DNA from: Octopus vulgaris
Taxonomy: Eukaryota
Assembly: GCA_951406725.2 (NCBI GenBank)
Contig: OX597831.1
Location: 53,568,001-53,632,000 of the forward strand
Length of the DNA: 64,000 bases
Reading direction: 5' to 3'
The notes beneath the pieces are model-generated. The model ran no database searches, was not told the DNA's origin, and saw only the letters and a program-made list of their open reading frames with translations. Positions within the stretch are counted from its first letter, which is position 1. Every line of letters begins with the position of its first letter. Below are positions 53,149 to 64,000 of the stretch, piece after piece. Both the position numbers and the translations under genes were made by a program.

Positions 53149-53908
53149 CTTCCATCTATCTATCTATTTAGCTATCTATCAATCTGTCTTGGTGTGGCTG
53201 CGTAGTAAGAAGCTTGCATCCCAACCACATGGTTCCAGATTCAATCCTACAATTGGATATCTTGGGCAAGTTTCTTCTAATATAGTCCTATACCTTCAGG
53301 CAGACAAATTCTTTGTGGGAAAAGCTTGTATGATAAATGTGTGTGTATGTATGTGTGTGTGTGTGTATATCGTCATCATTACCATCATTATCATTGTTTA
53401 GACATCCATTTTCCCATGCTTGTATTGGTTGGGTGGAATTTGTTGAGGCACATTTTCCTGTCATCAATCTTCACCCGTTTCTAAGCAATGCAATACTTCC
53501 CCCATGGCTGGATATGTTTTTACTGATGATTGGTAATGTATGACACGGCTTGTGTGACAGTGACATTTAGACTTTAGATGATGATGATGATGTATTAGAT
53601 CTTGATATAATCATAATTTATTCCCTCTGAAAAGCATTTGTCAAAATCTCCATTTAAAAATACCTACTTTTCCAAAAGTCATGAAGAAAAAAAGCCAACG
53701 TATGTGAATCTTCTAAATCTCCTCTCCTCACACCTCTGAGTACATTCTTTTCACAGATTCAGGTATACTACACCATCTGAAGTATATTTATTGATTATAT
53801 CATTGAAAAATATCCATTTTTCTGGAAGTTACGATGTAACAAATTCAGTGGGGCACAGTTGTGTATGGATACTCATTGCTTTATGCATGTATATGTGTGT
53901 GTGTGAAT

Positions 53909-53959
<51 letters not shown>

Positions 53960-55105
53960 AACCAACAAGAAAGACCTGTACATGGTAGCTGGACCTTATA
54001 TAAATAACATCCTTATTTCCCTCAAATCTAAGTAATTGGCAGGAGTATGCAGCAGCATACTTCACAGATGTGCCCCGACGAATTTCTTTCTTCATAACTG
54101 TCAGAAACATGGATATTTATTAATGAAATTTTCTACAAACACCCTTCAGATGGTGTAGATTTGAATTATATCAGAATTTATTGAGAAATAAATTTTGCAA
54201 AAGGAAAAAAATGTGATCTGTGTCAGTATGTATGCATGCTATCTCACCAGTTTGTATTTCCATATTAATTTCTGATATAATCGTAATATACATACTCTGA
54301 AATGTATTCATCAAAATTTTCATTTAAAAATACTCATTTTTCCAAAAGTTATGGGGAAACAAAGCCAGCTTCTGTGAATTTTCTGAATCTTCAGTCCACT
54401 CTTCTCTGGAAGCATTTTTTTCATAGCAAAATTCAGATACAATCAGAATCTACATCAACTGAAGCATATTTGTAGAAAATTCCATTCAAAAATATCCATT
54501 TTTCTGGAGATTATTATGAAACAAAATTGGTGGGGTGTATTTGTGTATCTATGGTCATTGCTTTAACTTAAGTAATACTAACATACATTGCTATTATATA
54601 TCTACATATCAGCTTCTATTCTGAATGTAACAAGATTTAATTATATAACTGCATGCTATATATAATCAAAGAATATACTTCTTTCATTCAGTTTGCACCA
54701 AAAAGGTGTCGATTACGTGATGGGCTCAATTTTTAACAACACATAAACATAGACTAGCTGATTTATGATGATATGGTGTTGAGCAACAAATACTAATTGT
54801 ATTAAAAATGCTTGATAGTGTGTGTACATATATGTTTATATTAAAATTTATCAGCAGTATTTAGGTAGCGATTTTTCATTGCTTTAGAAATGCATGTTCT
54901 TTTAGCATAATTGTGTTTCATCTTATAGCTCTACTACAAGTTTCCATTATTGATGTTAGCACTTCATTCATGTTGCATGTCTTGCTAGCACTCTTCTTAA
55001 ATGCATCCATATGTATATACACTATAGAAATATATGATACAATGATATCAAATCAATGTAAAACATGATATCTTTAAGGCAGCATGTTAACACTAGTGTG
55101 TGTGG

Positions 55106-55136
<31 letters not shown>

Positions 55137-55139
55137 GCA

Positions 55140-55350
55140 TGCTTTTTTATTGAAGCTGCGAAAACATCACAAAAAACTGTGACTCAGAATTTCACGTTCC
55201 TGTTCCATGGACAGCTGTGATCAAGTCTTGATCACAACTGTCTGACGAATGGGAACATGAAAGTCTGATGGTTTTTCAGCTTTAATTAAGCACATTACTC
55301 TACCTTTGGTATTCAAGTACTATTTTTCTACCTTGTTTTGCATTTATGTA
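55140..55350. mobile_element. Fold-back element family A with hammerhead motifs
   Basis: Hairpin centred on TGTGATCAAG-T-CTTGATCACA; right arm AACTGT-CTGACGA-ATGGGAACAT-GAAA. Confidence 0.75.
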
Positions 55351-55375
55351 CTTTCTGTGTGTGTGTGTGTGTATA

Positions 55376-55566
55376 TTATTGTGTCTGGTGGGGTCATTCT
55401 ATTTTAGTGCCTTATTACTTGACATACTAACTGGTTTGATTTCCACTTATTTTTTCTAAAATTTTCATTGTGTCTTGCAACCTCTTCAATAGTCAATGGA
55501 AATCGAACCAGTGAGTGTGTTAAGTAATAAAGCACTAAAAGAGAATGACTCTGCCCAGATACAATA
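55376..55566. mobile_element. Fold-back element family C
   Basis: Arms ~55376-55445 / ~55497-55566; related sequence at 42780-42910 and 24463-24560. Confidence 0.75.
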
Positions 55567-55628
55567 AAATATGCTTCAACACAGGAATTCACATAAAGAA
55601 TCTTTCAAACCAAATACAAAAACGAAAT

Positions 55629-55678
<50 letters not shown>

Positions 55679-56359
55679 GCATGTATGTATATATACATAC
55701 ATATATCAATACATTTGCATTTGTGTACCTTTGTCTTGACATGTGATAGTTGCAAATGAATATCACCATCACAGAAGCAATGTCATTCTTTTCCAGTCTT
55801 CCATCAAAAGCATGCCTAGCCATGGGGAAATATTACCTTACTTGGAAACAGTGGGAACAGGTTCGGGCTGGAGACAGGAAGGGCATCCAGCTGTAGAAAA
55901 TCTGCCTCAATAAATTCCTTCTAACTCATGCAAGCATGGAAAAGTCTGTTATATACAGGCATGCTCTACTACCTTCAAGGTAAGTTTAGGTAATCACCTA
56001 GCTTCCTTCAAGCTAGGGAAAATGCATAATACAAGCTTAAGCAGGTTTATTTGGTTCCTAAAGGATAGAAACACTAACTTTGATGTAAAATGAGAAATAG
56101 TTGGCAAGGCAGAACCTTACATAATTGTGAATAAGAAATTCAATTTATGCCTGGAAGAAATATTCCATATTTTCATGTCTAAAACACCAATTATATAATA
56201 AACAAGAATTAGCCCTGAAATACACACATCAACACAGAAAAACTTTCAAATATTTCCTTAGAAAATATCTTTAATTTTTTAATTACGTATCATGTAGGTT
56301 GGTAATTCTACAAGTTTACATGGTCAATATCAGTGTATTAACTGGTTTGCCTTTATAAT

Positions 56360-56616
56360 AATAAATAAATGCGCCCTTTTCAAAGCCTAGCCAGGCTCAT
56401 GGGCCTGGTTTCCCGGTTTCTATGGCATATGTGTTCCCCAGCTGGATGGGATGCCAGTCCATTGCAGCGTTACTCATTTTTGCCAGCTGAGTGGCCTGGA
56501 GCAACATGAAATGAACTGTTTTGCTCAAGAACACAACGCATCACCTCATCCAGGAATCGAAACCGCAATCTTGCGATCATGATGCTGACACTCAAACCAC
56601 TAAGCCACACGCCCCC
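56360..56616 (-). mobile_element. tRNA-derived SINE
   Basis: 3' part shared with the 18915 family; head reverse complement GGAATCGAAACC...AACCACTAAGCCAC. Confidence 0.8.
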
Positions 56617-57214
56617 TCGTTTGCCTTTATACTGTTAGTAATTTATACCCCCATTCCAATTATTATTTTTCTCATCTTTTGTCCTGGACTTCTTAATTAC
56701 TACTATTTTCTTTACCTATTTCCTATACTGATTTGCTTGGGACTTCAACAATTTTTATCCTTTGTGTGTAACACTTCACATAAGGAATACTATTATATAT
56801 ATAGGAGGATGTTATTACATGTAGATCTAAGGTTGATCTGCTTAGTTAAATATTCACTGATTTCACTGTAGGTGGAAGTAATCTACCATATTGTGAACAA
56901 TAACCCAGCCTTACAAGTGAATTCTGTGTATCCTGTATCTTTAAATTCTATTTGCTTTAGCAGCCCTTAATGTAAACATCTATCACAAAAATTATTCTTA
57001 TCTATTTCGCTGAAGGCTTTTGGACGAAATATTTTCTGACCTACTTTTTAATAACTTGCATTCATGGTTCTACTTTTAAACCTTCAGGTCATCCTAGGGT
57101 TGATATGATAATGAACTACCACTTATATGTTTTCACTTAACACTAATTGTCCCCTATCAAAAGTATAAAACTGTCCAAACCATTATATACCAACTCACAT
57201 CAAACTTTAATATA

Positions 57215-58710
57215 CTGTAAATCCTCAAGTGTAATCTGCATATTTTCCCCAAAATTTAATGGTCAAAATCCCTAGTGCGTACTATATACAAGCTTAAAAA
57301 TGAAAAATATTTTCTAAGCAATGTCTGAGTCTCTATTTGCTGTCCGGCAATGTTTATTCAGATGCATTTTGTGGTGTCAGGCGCGAAAATACCTTAAGCT
57401 CAGCCTGAAAGCAATGAAGTCATAAAAGAATCACCAATAACTTGCAGTAAGCAACATTTATTAAAATAAAAGTATTCAGAACACAGAATAACATGTAACA
57501 AAAACAATTTACAAACATATTTACAATCCCATATAACAGTTAAGAACATCACCATTATTGTATTACACATGCGCGGAAGTATTTGTTCGGCAAGGTGCTG
57601 CTGGCTTAATTATACATGACTCAAGTTAGAGAAGGGGTGCGTAGGATCTTTTCTTTTTGAAGGCCAGATTTTCCTAGTTAACTAAAAAATTTGAAACTTC
57701 GTATACTGGTAGAATGTGTCAAAAGAAAACATTATTGTAAACAAAATTGTAATTTGTAACTTAAACGTAGTTTAATTTTTATGAATTTTAACCAATGAAA
57801 TCCCAACATCTTCGAATTTTAACCAATGAAATCCCAACATTGCTGCATTATCGATATTGATAAAGAAATATAGCAGACGCACGACACACACGACACACAC
57901 ACACGCACATTTGCACAAGCACATAGTAATTAATATATAAGCGTACACACACATACAAACGGACATATACATACACACACATACGCACACAAGCAAAAAT
58001 ACACGTTCGTGTTTTGCCACTTGCCACAACAAATTTTCACAGAAGGGGGGGGGGTCAATGTTTCATTGTTTCGGGGTTGATAAATTAAGTACTAATTACG
58101 CACTGGTGTCAAGGATTTTTTTCCCAATTTATATCACAGCTTCCGACAAGCTGGGGGCATCCTTTTATGAAAAAATATTTCGCAAATTTTTACAATACTA
58201 CTAACACTCCACGTGCAAACTCGAGTCTGATTTAGGCATATTATTGTTTTGTTTTTTTTTGACCCTTCAAAACCATGGGAGAAGCCTTTTCGGTAAAAAA
58301 AAAATAAAGAAAATATTAAAAAAATATCGTTAATATTTTTATTGGGCGACGAAATTAATCGATTTAAGAGATATAGCTGTTATTTCTAGCACACGTAGAA
58401 GACAGAAGAAGAGGTAAATAATTTGAACTCGAATGCTGCGATTTCATTGGTTAAAATTCTTAAAATTAAACTACGTTTAAGTTACGAATTACAATTTTGT
58501 TTTCAATTTTGTTTACAATAATGTTTTCTTTTGACACATTCTACCAGTATACGAAGTTTCAAATTTTTTAGTTAACTAGGAAAATCTGGCCTTCATAAAG
58601 AAAAGATCCAGTGCGTATTATACACAAGGTTTAGGTTTTTCAGAGGTACAGCCCCCTAAAAATCCCCTGCGTATTATACTCAAGGGCAGACTATACTCAA
58701 GGATTTACGG
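57215..58710. mobile_element. pogo/Tigger-like MITE (outer element)
   Basis: TA|CTGTAAATCCTCAAGTGTAATCTGC ... GCAGACTATACTCAAGGATTTACGG|TA, with subterminal GTGCGTATTATAC repeats. Confidence 0.8.
57644..58609. mobile_element. Long-TIR MITE nested in the pogo-like element
   Basis: ~160-bp near-identical TIRs starting GGATCTTTTC; flanks GGTGCGTA / AGTGCGTA (8-bp TSD, 1 mismatch). Confidence 0.88.
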
Positions 58711-58819
58711 TATATATGTCATATACAGTAGGACTGATCAGAAAACCATGTTGCTTGGAGGAACTTCTTAACCTGGCAAGAAGCCATTCCTGCCATTATC
58801 ACATCCATGCATGCACCTA

Positions 58820-59111
58820 TATCATCATCATTTTCATCATTGTTTAATGTCCGTTTCCCATGCTGGCATGGGTTGGACGGTTTGACAGGGGTTGATTAGC
58901 TGAGGAGCTTTCCAGACTCCAATTATCTGTTGTGGCATGGTTTCGACAGCTGGATGCCCTTCCTAATGCCAACCATTTTACTGAGTGTGCTGGGTGCTTT
59001 TTACGTGCAATGAGATGGGAGCCTGGTGCAGCCATCTGGTTTGCCAGTCCTCAGTCAAATCGTCCACTCCATGCTAGCATGGAAAGCGAACGTTAAACGA
59101 TGATGATGATG
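58820..59111. mobile_element. Two short RTE 3' ends in opposite orientation
   Basis: (CAT)n-TGTTTAATGTCCG on the left and GAACGTTAAAC(GAT)n on the right. Confidence 0.75.
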
Positions 59112-59523
59112 AGCGTGTGTGTTTTTTTGCGGCATCAGCATGAGTACATTTTACATGACACTGACACCTGTAAAGGAAAAGCCTGCATGTATGGCGGACA
59201 GCGATTTTATTTGGCTTCACGTGTCTTCTCAAGTAAAGCAAATCAATACAACTCCTGGTCCTTTGTCATTTCCTCATATGTATAAATCATTATTTCATCT
59301 TCATTTTAATCATTCTTCTATTCTTTTATTCATTTCAGTCATTTGACAGTGGCCATGCTGGAGCACTGCCTTTAGTTGAACAAATCAACCCCAGGACTTA
59401 TACTTTGTAAGCCTAGTACTTATTCTATCGGTCTCTTTTGCCAAACCACAAAGTTACGGGATGTAAGCATACCAACATCGGTTGTCAAGCAATAGTGGTG
59501 GGGACAAACGTAGACATGTAAAC

Positions 59524-61730
59524 ATGGAATCACTGCAGAGATGCTCAAAATGTCTGGTAGTGTCGGCTATAGCCTAGTCACCCGTATAGTTAATCAAGTG
59601 ATACACAAAGGGGTCATACCCAATGACTGGTGTAGCAGTATAATAGTCAACTGCTACAAAGGTAAAGGTGATGCCCTAGATACAAATAACTACAGAGGTA
59701 TCAAGCTGTTGGACCAGGTGATGAAGGTTACGGAGAGGGTCATAGCCCAACTAATTAGAGAGAGAGTTAGTTTAGATGAGATGCAGTTTGGGTTTGTGCC
59801 AGGGAAAAGTACTACTGATGCTATATTCCTGGTAAGGCAGCTGCAGGAGAAATACCTAGCCAAAGATAAGCCCCTGTACCTGGCTTTTGTTGACATGGAG
59901 AAAGCCTTCGACAGGGTCCCCCGATCCCTTATCTGGTGGGCAATGAGGAAACTAGGGATAGATGAATGGTTAGTGAGAGCTGTGCGGGCCATGTACAGGG
60001 ATGCCGCTAGTAGGGTGAGGGTTGGAAATGTGTACAGTGAAGAATTCCGGCTAGAGGTAGGAGTCCACCAAGGCTCAGTACTCAGCCCCCTCCTATTTAT
60101 CATAGTCCTCCAGGCAATAACGGAGGAATTCAAGACAGGATGCCCTTGGGAGCTCCTCTATGCTGATGACCTTGCTCTAATTGCTGAGTCGCTATCAGAA
60201 CTGGAGGAGAAGTTTCAGGTGTGGAAACAAGGATTAGAATCGAAGGGCCTCAGAGTCAATCTAGCTAAAACCAAAGTCGTAATCAGTAGGAAGGTAGACA
60301 AATCACAAACACCTTCAGGTAGATGGCCCTGCTCGATCTGTAGAAAAGGTGTAGGTAGAAACTCTATAAGATGCACCAAGTGTAAGCTATGGACACATAA
60401 GAGATGCAGCAATGTCAAAGGAAGGCTAACTAGGAAGATGGTTTTTGTATGTGGCAGATGCTCAGGAACAATAAACACTGAAAATGCTCTGAGACCAACT
60501 TCCGTCACTTTCCAGGGAGAAAAACTAGAAATAGTTGATAGTTTCTGTTACCTAGGTGACCAAGTCAGCAGCGGGGGCGGGTGTGCTGAAAGTGTAACTG
60601 CTAGAGTAAGAATAGCTTGGGCAAAGTTCAGAGAGCTCTTACCTCTGCTGGTGACAAAAGGCCTCTCGCACAGAGTGAAAGGCAGACTGTATGATGCGTG
60701 TGTACGAACAGCCATGCTACATGGCAGTGAAACATGGGCCGTGACTGCTGAGGATATGCGTAAGCTCGCTAGAAATGAAGCCAGTATGCTCCGATGGATG
60801 TGTAATGCCGGTACTCACACTCGGCAGAGTGTAAGTACCTTGAGAGAAAAGCTGGACCTAAGAAGCATCAGTTGTGGTGTGCAAGAGAGACGTTTGCGCT
60901 GGTATGGTCATGTGGCGAGAATGGATGAAGATAGTTGTGTGAAAAAGTGCCACACCCTAGCGGTTGAGGGAACCTGTGGAAGAGGCAGACCCAGGAAAAC
61001 CTGGGACGAGGTGGTGAAGCACGACCTTCGAACTTTAGGTCTCACTGAGGAAATGACTAGAGACCGAGACCTCTGGAAGTGTGCTGTGCGCGAGAAGACC
61101 CGGCAGGACAAGTGAGACCATAACTCGTGGCCTTCTACATGGGATGGAGCCAGCCTACGTATGCATACCTTCCCTTCTTGGGACACAAAACTCTACTTGT
61201 GAAGACGTGATGAGGCAAGTGAGGATCAGAATCAAAATCGATCAATGGAAATTGCGGATGTGCTACCAGTGCCGGTGGCATGTCAAAACTCTGCTTGTGA
61301 AGACCCGTTGAGGCAAGTGACGATCAGAATCGAAATCGATCAATGGAAATCGATCAATGGAAATTGCAGATGTGTTACCAGTGCCGGTGGCATGTAAGAG
61401 AACTTTCCGTTTCGCGACCGTTGCCAGCACCGCCCCGTTTCGTGTCCGTTGCCAGCCTCGCCTGGCCCTCGTGCCGGTGGCACATAAAAAGCACCATCCG
61501 TTCGTGGCCGTTTGCCAGCTCTGTCTGGCACCAGTGCGGGTGGCACGTAAAAAGCACCCACTACACTCACGGAGTGGTTGGCGTTAGGAAGGGCATCCAG
61601 CCGTAGAAACACTGCCAGATTTGACTGGGCCTGATGAAGCCTTCTGGCTTCACAGACCCCAGTAGAACCGTCCAACCCATGCTAGCATGGAAAACGGACG
61701 CTAAACGATGATGATGATGATGATGATGAT
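59524..61730 (+). mobile_element. Young 5'-truncated RTE LINE inserted in a SINE
   Basis: Open RT ORF, 3'UTR and (GAT)n tail. The host SINE continues on both sides (59320-59523 / 61731-61865). ATGGA occurs at both junctions. Confidence 0.95.
59541..61115 (+). CDS. RTE reverse transcriptase (APE domain lost by truncation) with PHD-like C4HC3 insert
   Basis: NYRGIKLL, QFGFVPGKSTTDAIF, AFVDMEKAFDRV, GVHQGSVLSPLLF, LLYADDL, FCYLG, RLRWYGHV, RGRPRKTW; no stops over 524 aa. Confidence 0.93.
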   Translation: MLKMSGSVGYSLVTRIVNQVIHKGVIPNDWCSSIIVNCYKGKGDALDTNNYRGIKLLDQVMKVTERVIAQLIRERVSLDEMQFGFVPGKSTTDAIFLVRQLQEKYLAKDKPLYLAFVDMEKAFDRVPRSLIWWAMRKLGIDEWLVRAVRAMYRDAASRVRVGNVYSEEFRLEVGVHQGSVLSPLLFIIVLQAITEEFKTGCPWELLYADDLALIAESLSELEEKFQVWKQGLESKGLRVNLAKTKVVISRKVDKSQTPSGRWPCSICRKGVGRNSIRCTKCKLWTHKRCSNVKGRLTRKMVFVCGRCSGTINTENALRPTSVTFQGEKLEIVDSFCYLGDQVSSGGGCAESVTARVRIAWAKFRELLPLLVTKGLSHRVKGRLYDACVRTAMLHGSETWAVTAEDMRKLARNEASMLRWMCNAGTHTRQSVSTLREKLDLRSISCGVQERRLRWYGHVARMDEDSCVKKCHTLAVEGTCGRGRPRKTWDEVVKHDLRTLGLTEEMTRDRDLWKCAVREKTRQDK

Positions 61731-62423
61731 GGACTTCTTCCAGTTTCCGTCTACCAAATCCACTCACAAGGCTTTAGTTAGCCCAAGGTGCCATGCAGTG
61801 GGTCTGACCCAGGACCATGTGGTTGGTAAGCAAGCTACTTACCACACAGCGACTCCTGTGCCTGCTTTTCCCTGATTTCATGGGTCTGCGGAATTTTACT
61901 GAGGCAAATTTTCTATGACTGGCAATGCCCTTTGTGTCAGCAATTCTAACCTGTTTCCAAGGAAGGTAATATTTTGCCCATGGCTAAACATGTTTTCACA
62001 GAATTTTGGAAATAAGTGACATTCATTTACAACAATCACATGATTTTAAGACAAAGAGACACACAAACACATGCACACACATGCACAGACACACACATAC
62101 ACACATGCACAGACACACACATACACACATGCATACATACATCCATATATGCACGACAAGCTTCTTTCAGTTTTCATTCATCAAGTCCACCCACAAGGCC
62201 CTGTTTAGTCCAAGGCTACTGCAGAAGACCCCTGTCCAGGATGTCACACTGTGGGACTGAACCTATAAGCATATTTGTGCGCATGTGTGTGTGTGTGTGT
62301 ATGTGTCTGTTTGTATGTGCGTATGTAATTACGTATGTATGTATGTATGTATGTATGTATGTATGTATGTATGTATGTATGTGGCCGAGGCCGAATACAT
62401 ACATACATACATACATACATACA

Positions 62424-62810
62424 TGAACTCGGCCAGGGCAGGCGCAAAGTCGGAGGGCAGAAGAAGCGCTACAAGGATAGTCTCGAGGTCTCTCTCAAAG
62501 ACTTCTCCATCGGAACAGAGACCTGGGAGACACTTGCTGCCAACCGCTCATCCTGGCGCAGCGCAATCACCGTGGGAGCAGGGACAGCCGAGGAGGGACG
62601 GATTCGGTCAGCGGAGCAGAAACGTCAGATGCGTAAAGCCAGAGCCGCCTGCACCAGTAGCACGGCCCCTACCCACTTCTGCCCCACCTGTGGGAGGGGC
62701 TTCCTTGCCCGGATTGGCCTCACCAGCCACCTCAGGTCTCATGGCGGCAGTTCCATCAGATGATGTCAGTTGGTCATCTTCGAACCGAAGGACGAACATT
62801 ATTATTATTA
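62424..62810 (+). mobile_element. GC-rich RTE/BovB-group LINE 3' fragment with C-terminal C2H2 finger
   Basis: GGQKKRYKDSL..WETLAANRSSWRSAI..CPTCGRGFLARIGLTSHLRSH*; short 3'UTR and (ATT)n tail. Confidence 0.88.
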
Positions 62811-62861
62811 TATGTATGTATGTATGTATGCATGTATGCATGAATGTATGTATGTATATAT

Positions 62862-63300
62862 AGGTGCAGGCATGACTGTGTGGTAAGAAGCTTTCTTCCC
62901 AGCCACATGGTTCAGGGTTCAGTCCCACTGTGTGGCATGATGGGCAAATGCCTTTTGCTATAGCCTCGGGCTGACCAAAGCCTTGTGTGTGGATTTGGTA
63001 GACAGAAACTGAAGGAAGCCCATCATATATATATATGTATATGTATATGTATATATTTATGTGTGTGTGTATCTTTGTGCCTGTGTTTTTACCCCACCAC
63101 TGCTTGCCAACCAGTGTTGGTGTGTTTGCATCCCCATAACTTGGCAGTTCTGCAAAAGAGACTGATAGAATAAGTACCAGGCTTTAAAAATAAGTACTGG
63201 GGTTGATTCCTTCGGCTAAAATAAGATTCAAGGCAATGTCCCAGCATGGCCATAGTCTAATGACTGAAACAAGTAAATGATAAAAGATAAAAGATAAAAG
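62862..63300 (+). mobile_element. Near full-length tRNA/CORE-like SINE
   Basis: TGACTGTGTGGTAAG (A box), GGGTTCAGTCCC (B box), CORE-like TGGGCAAAT, internal TA/TG tract, (GATAAAA)n tail. Confidence 0.82.
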
Positions 63301-63336
<36 letters not shown>

Positions 63337-63647
63337 TTGGAAGAAATCACAGAAAATCATAAATTTCAGAGAGAGATCATAATTTAATTACTTTCAACAG
63401 CTATTTCATTAGGAATAAACATCATTAATTCTATAATTTCATAATTACGATAAAAAAAATCAGTAAATATAAATTAATTTACATTAGATTAATGTAAATC
63501 AATGTTTATCCCAAATCGCTAGAAATATTATGGGCTAGAATAACCACAAACCATTGCTGTTCTGCATGTGCTTTTCAGCATTCTATTTTAAGTATACATT
63601 GCCCTTAAAAATCATTTTAGCTGATTATATATGTATATAAATATATA

Positions 63648-64000
63648 CTAAACTATGACCCGGCAATGCCGGGTCATAGTGCATACATATACAGCTGCGT
63701 GTGTGCGCGCACACATACACGCGAGTACTGTCCAAATCTCTGATCAATCACATACAGCTAGCTGGCATTCAATTGGCGGATCAAGTTTCGGGCATTTTGA
63801 TTGGGCTTTGGATAGAAAATGCACAAAAATGTCACTTCTATTGATTTTTTTAATGGTTTTGCAGGGTGACTGGGGAAATGTAAGGATGTGCACGACCACC
63901 CTTGGACGGTTTTCAATGACCATAGAAAGTGCGAGGCCTCTAACTGAAAAATTGTGGATTTGTATAAAGGACACACACACAGACAGACATTTTGCCATTT
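63648..64000 (-). mobile_element. Probable non-autonomous Helitron (runs off window)
   Basis: Hairpin CTATGACCCGGCA-A-TGCCGGGTCATAG next to a minus-strand TTAG|T terminus; far end resembles 28060-28090. Confidence 0.6.

Overview
AT-rich eukaryotic DNA saturated with (TA)n/(CA)n/(CAT)n/(TAA)n/(GATA)n microsatellites and transposable elements. The repeat repertoire (tRNA-headed SINEs, RTE LINEs with (GAT)n tails, Penelope-like elements, mariners) suggests an octopod cephalopod intron or intergenic region; this is inference only. I find no convincing host gene, and most ORFs in the track are microsatellite artefacts. Recognisable content: a 5'-truncated RTE LINE with an open 524-aa RT ORF carrying a C4HC3 (PHD-type) insert (59.5-61.7 kb) plus related fragments; two decayed R4/Dong LINEs; two Penelope-like elements (PLEs; one RT+GIY-YIG split by a pogo/Tigger-like insert); a full-length Chapaev3-type DNA transposon with TAA TSD; mariner derivatives; Helitron, piggyBac and pogo-type MITEs; and many SINEs. 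The most interesting signal is several families of short fold-back elements sitting in TA microsatellites that carry type-I hammerhead ribozyme motifs, some with non-canonical cores (U4C, U3-A8). One of them has a spacer copied from neighbouring DNA. Boundaries were read by eye and are approximate unless TIR/TSD positions are quoted.
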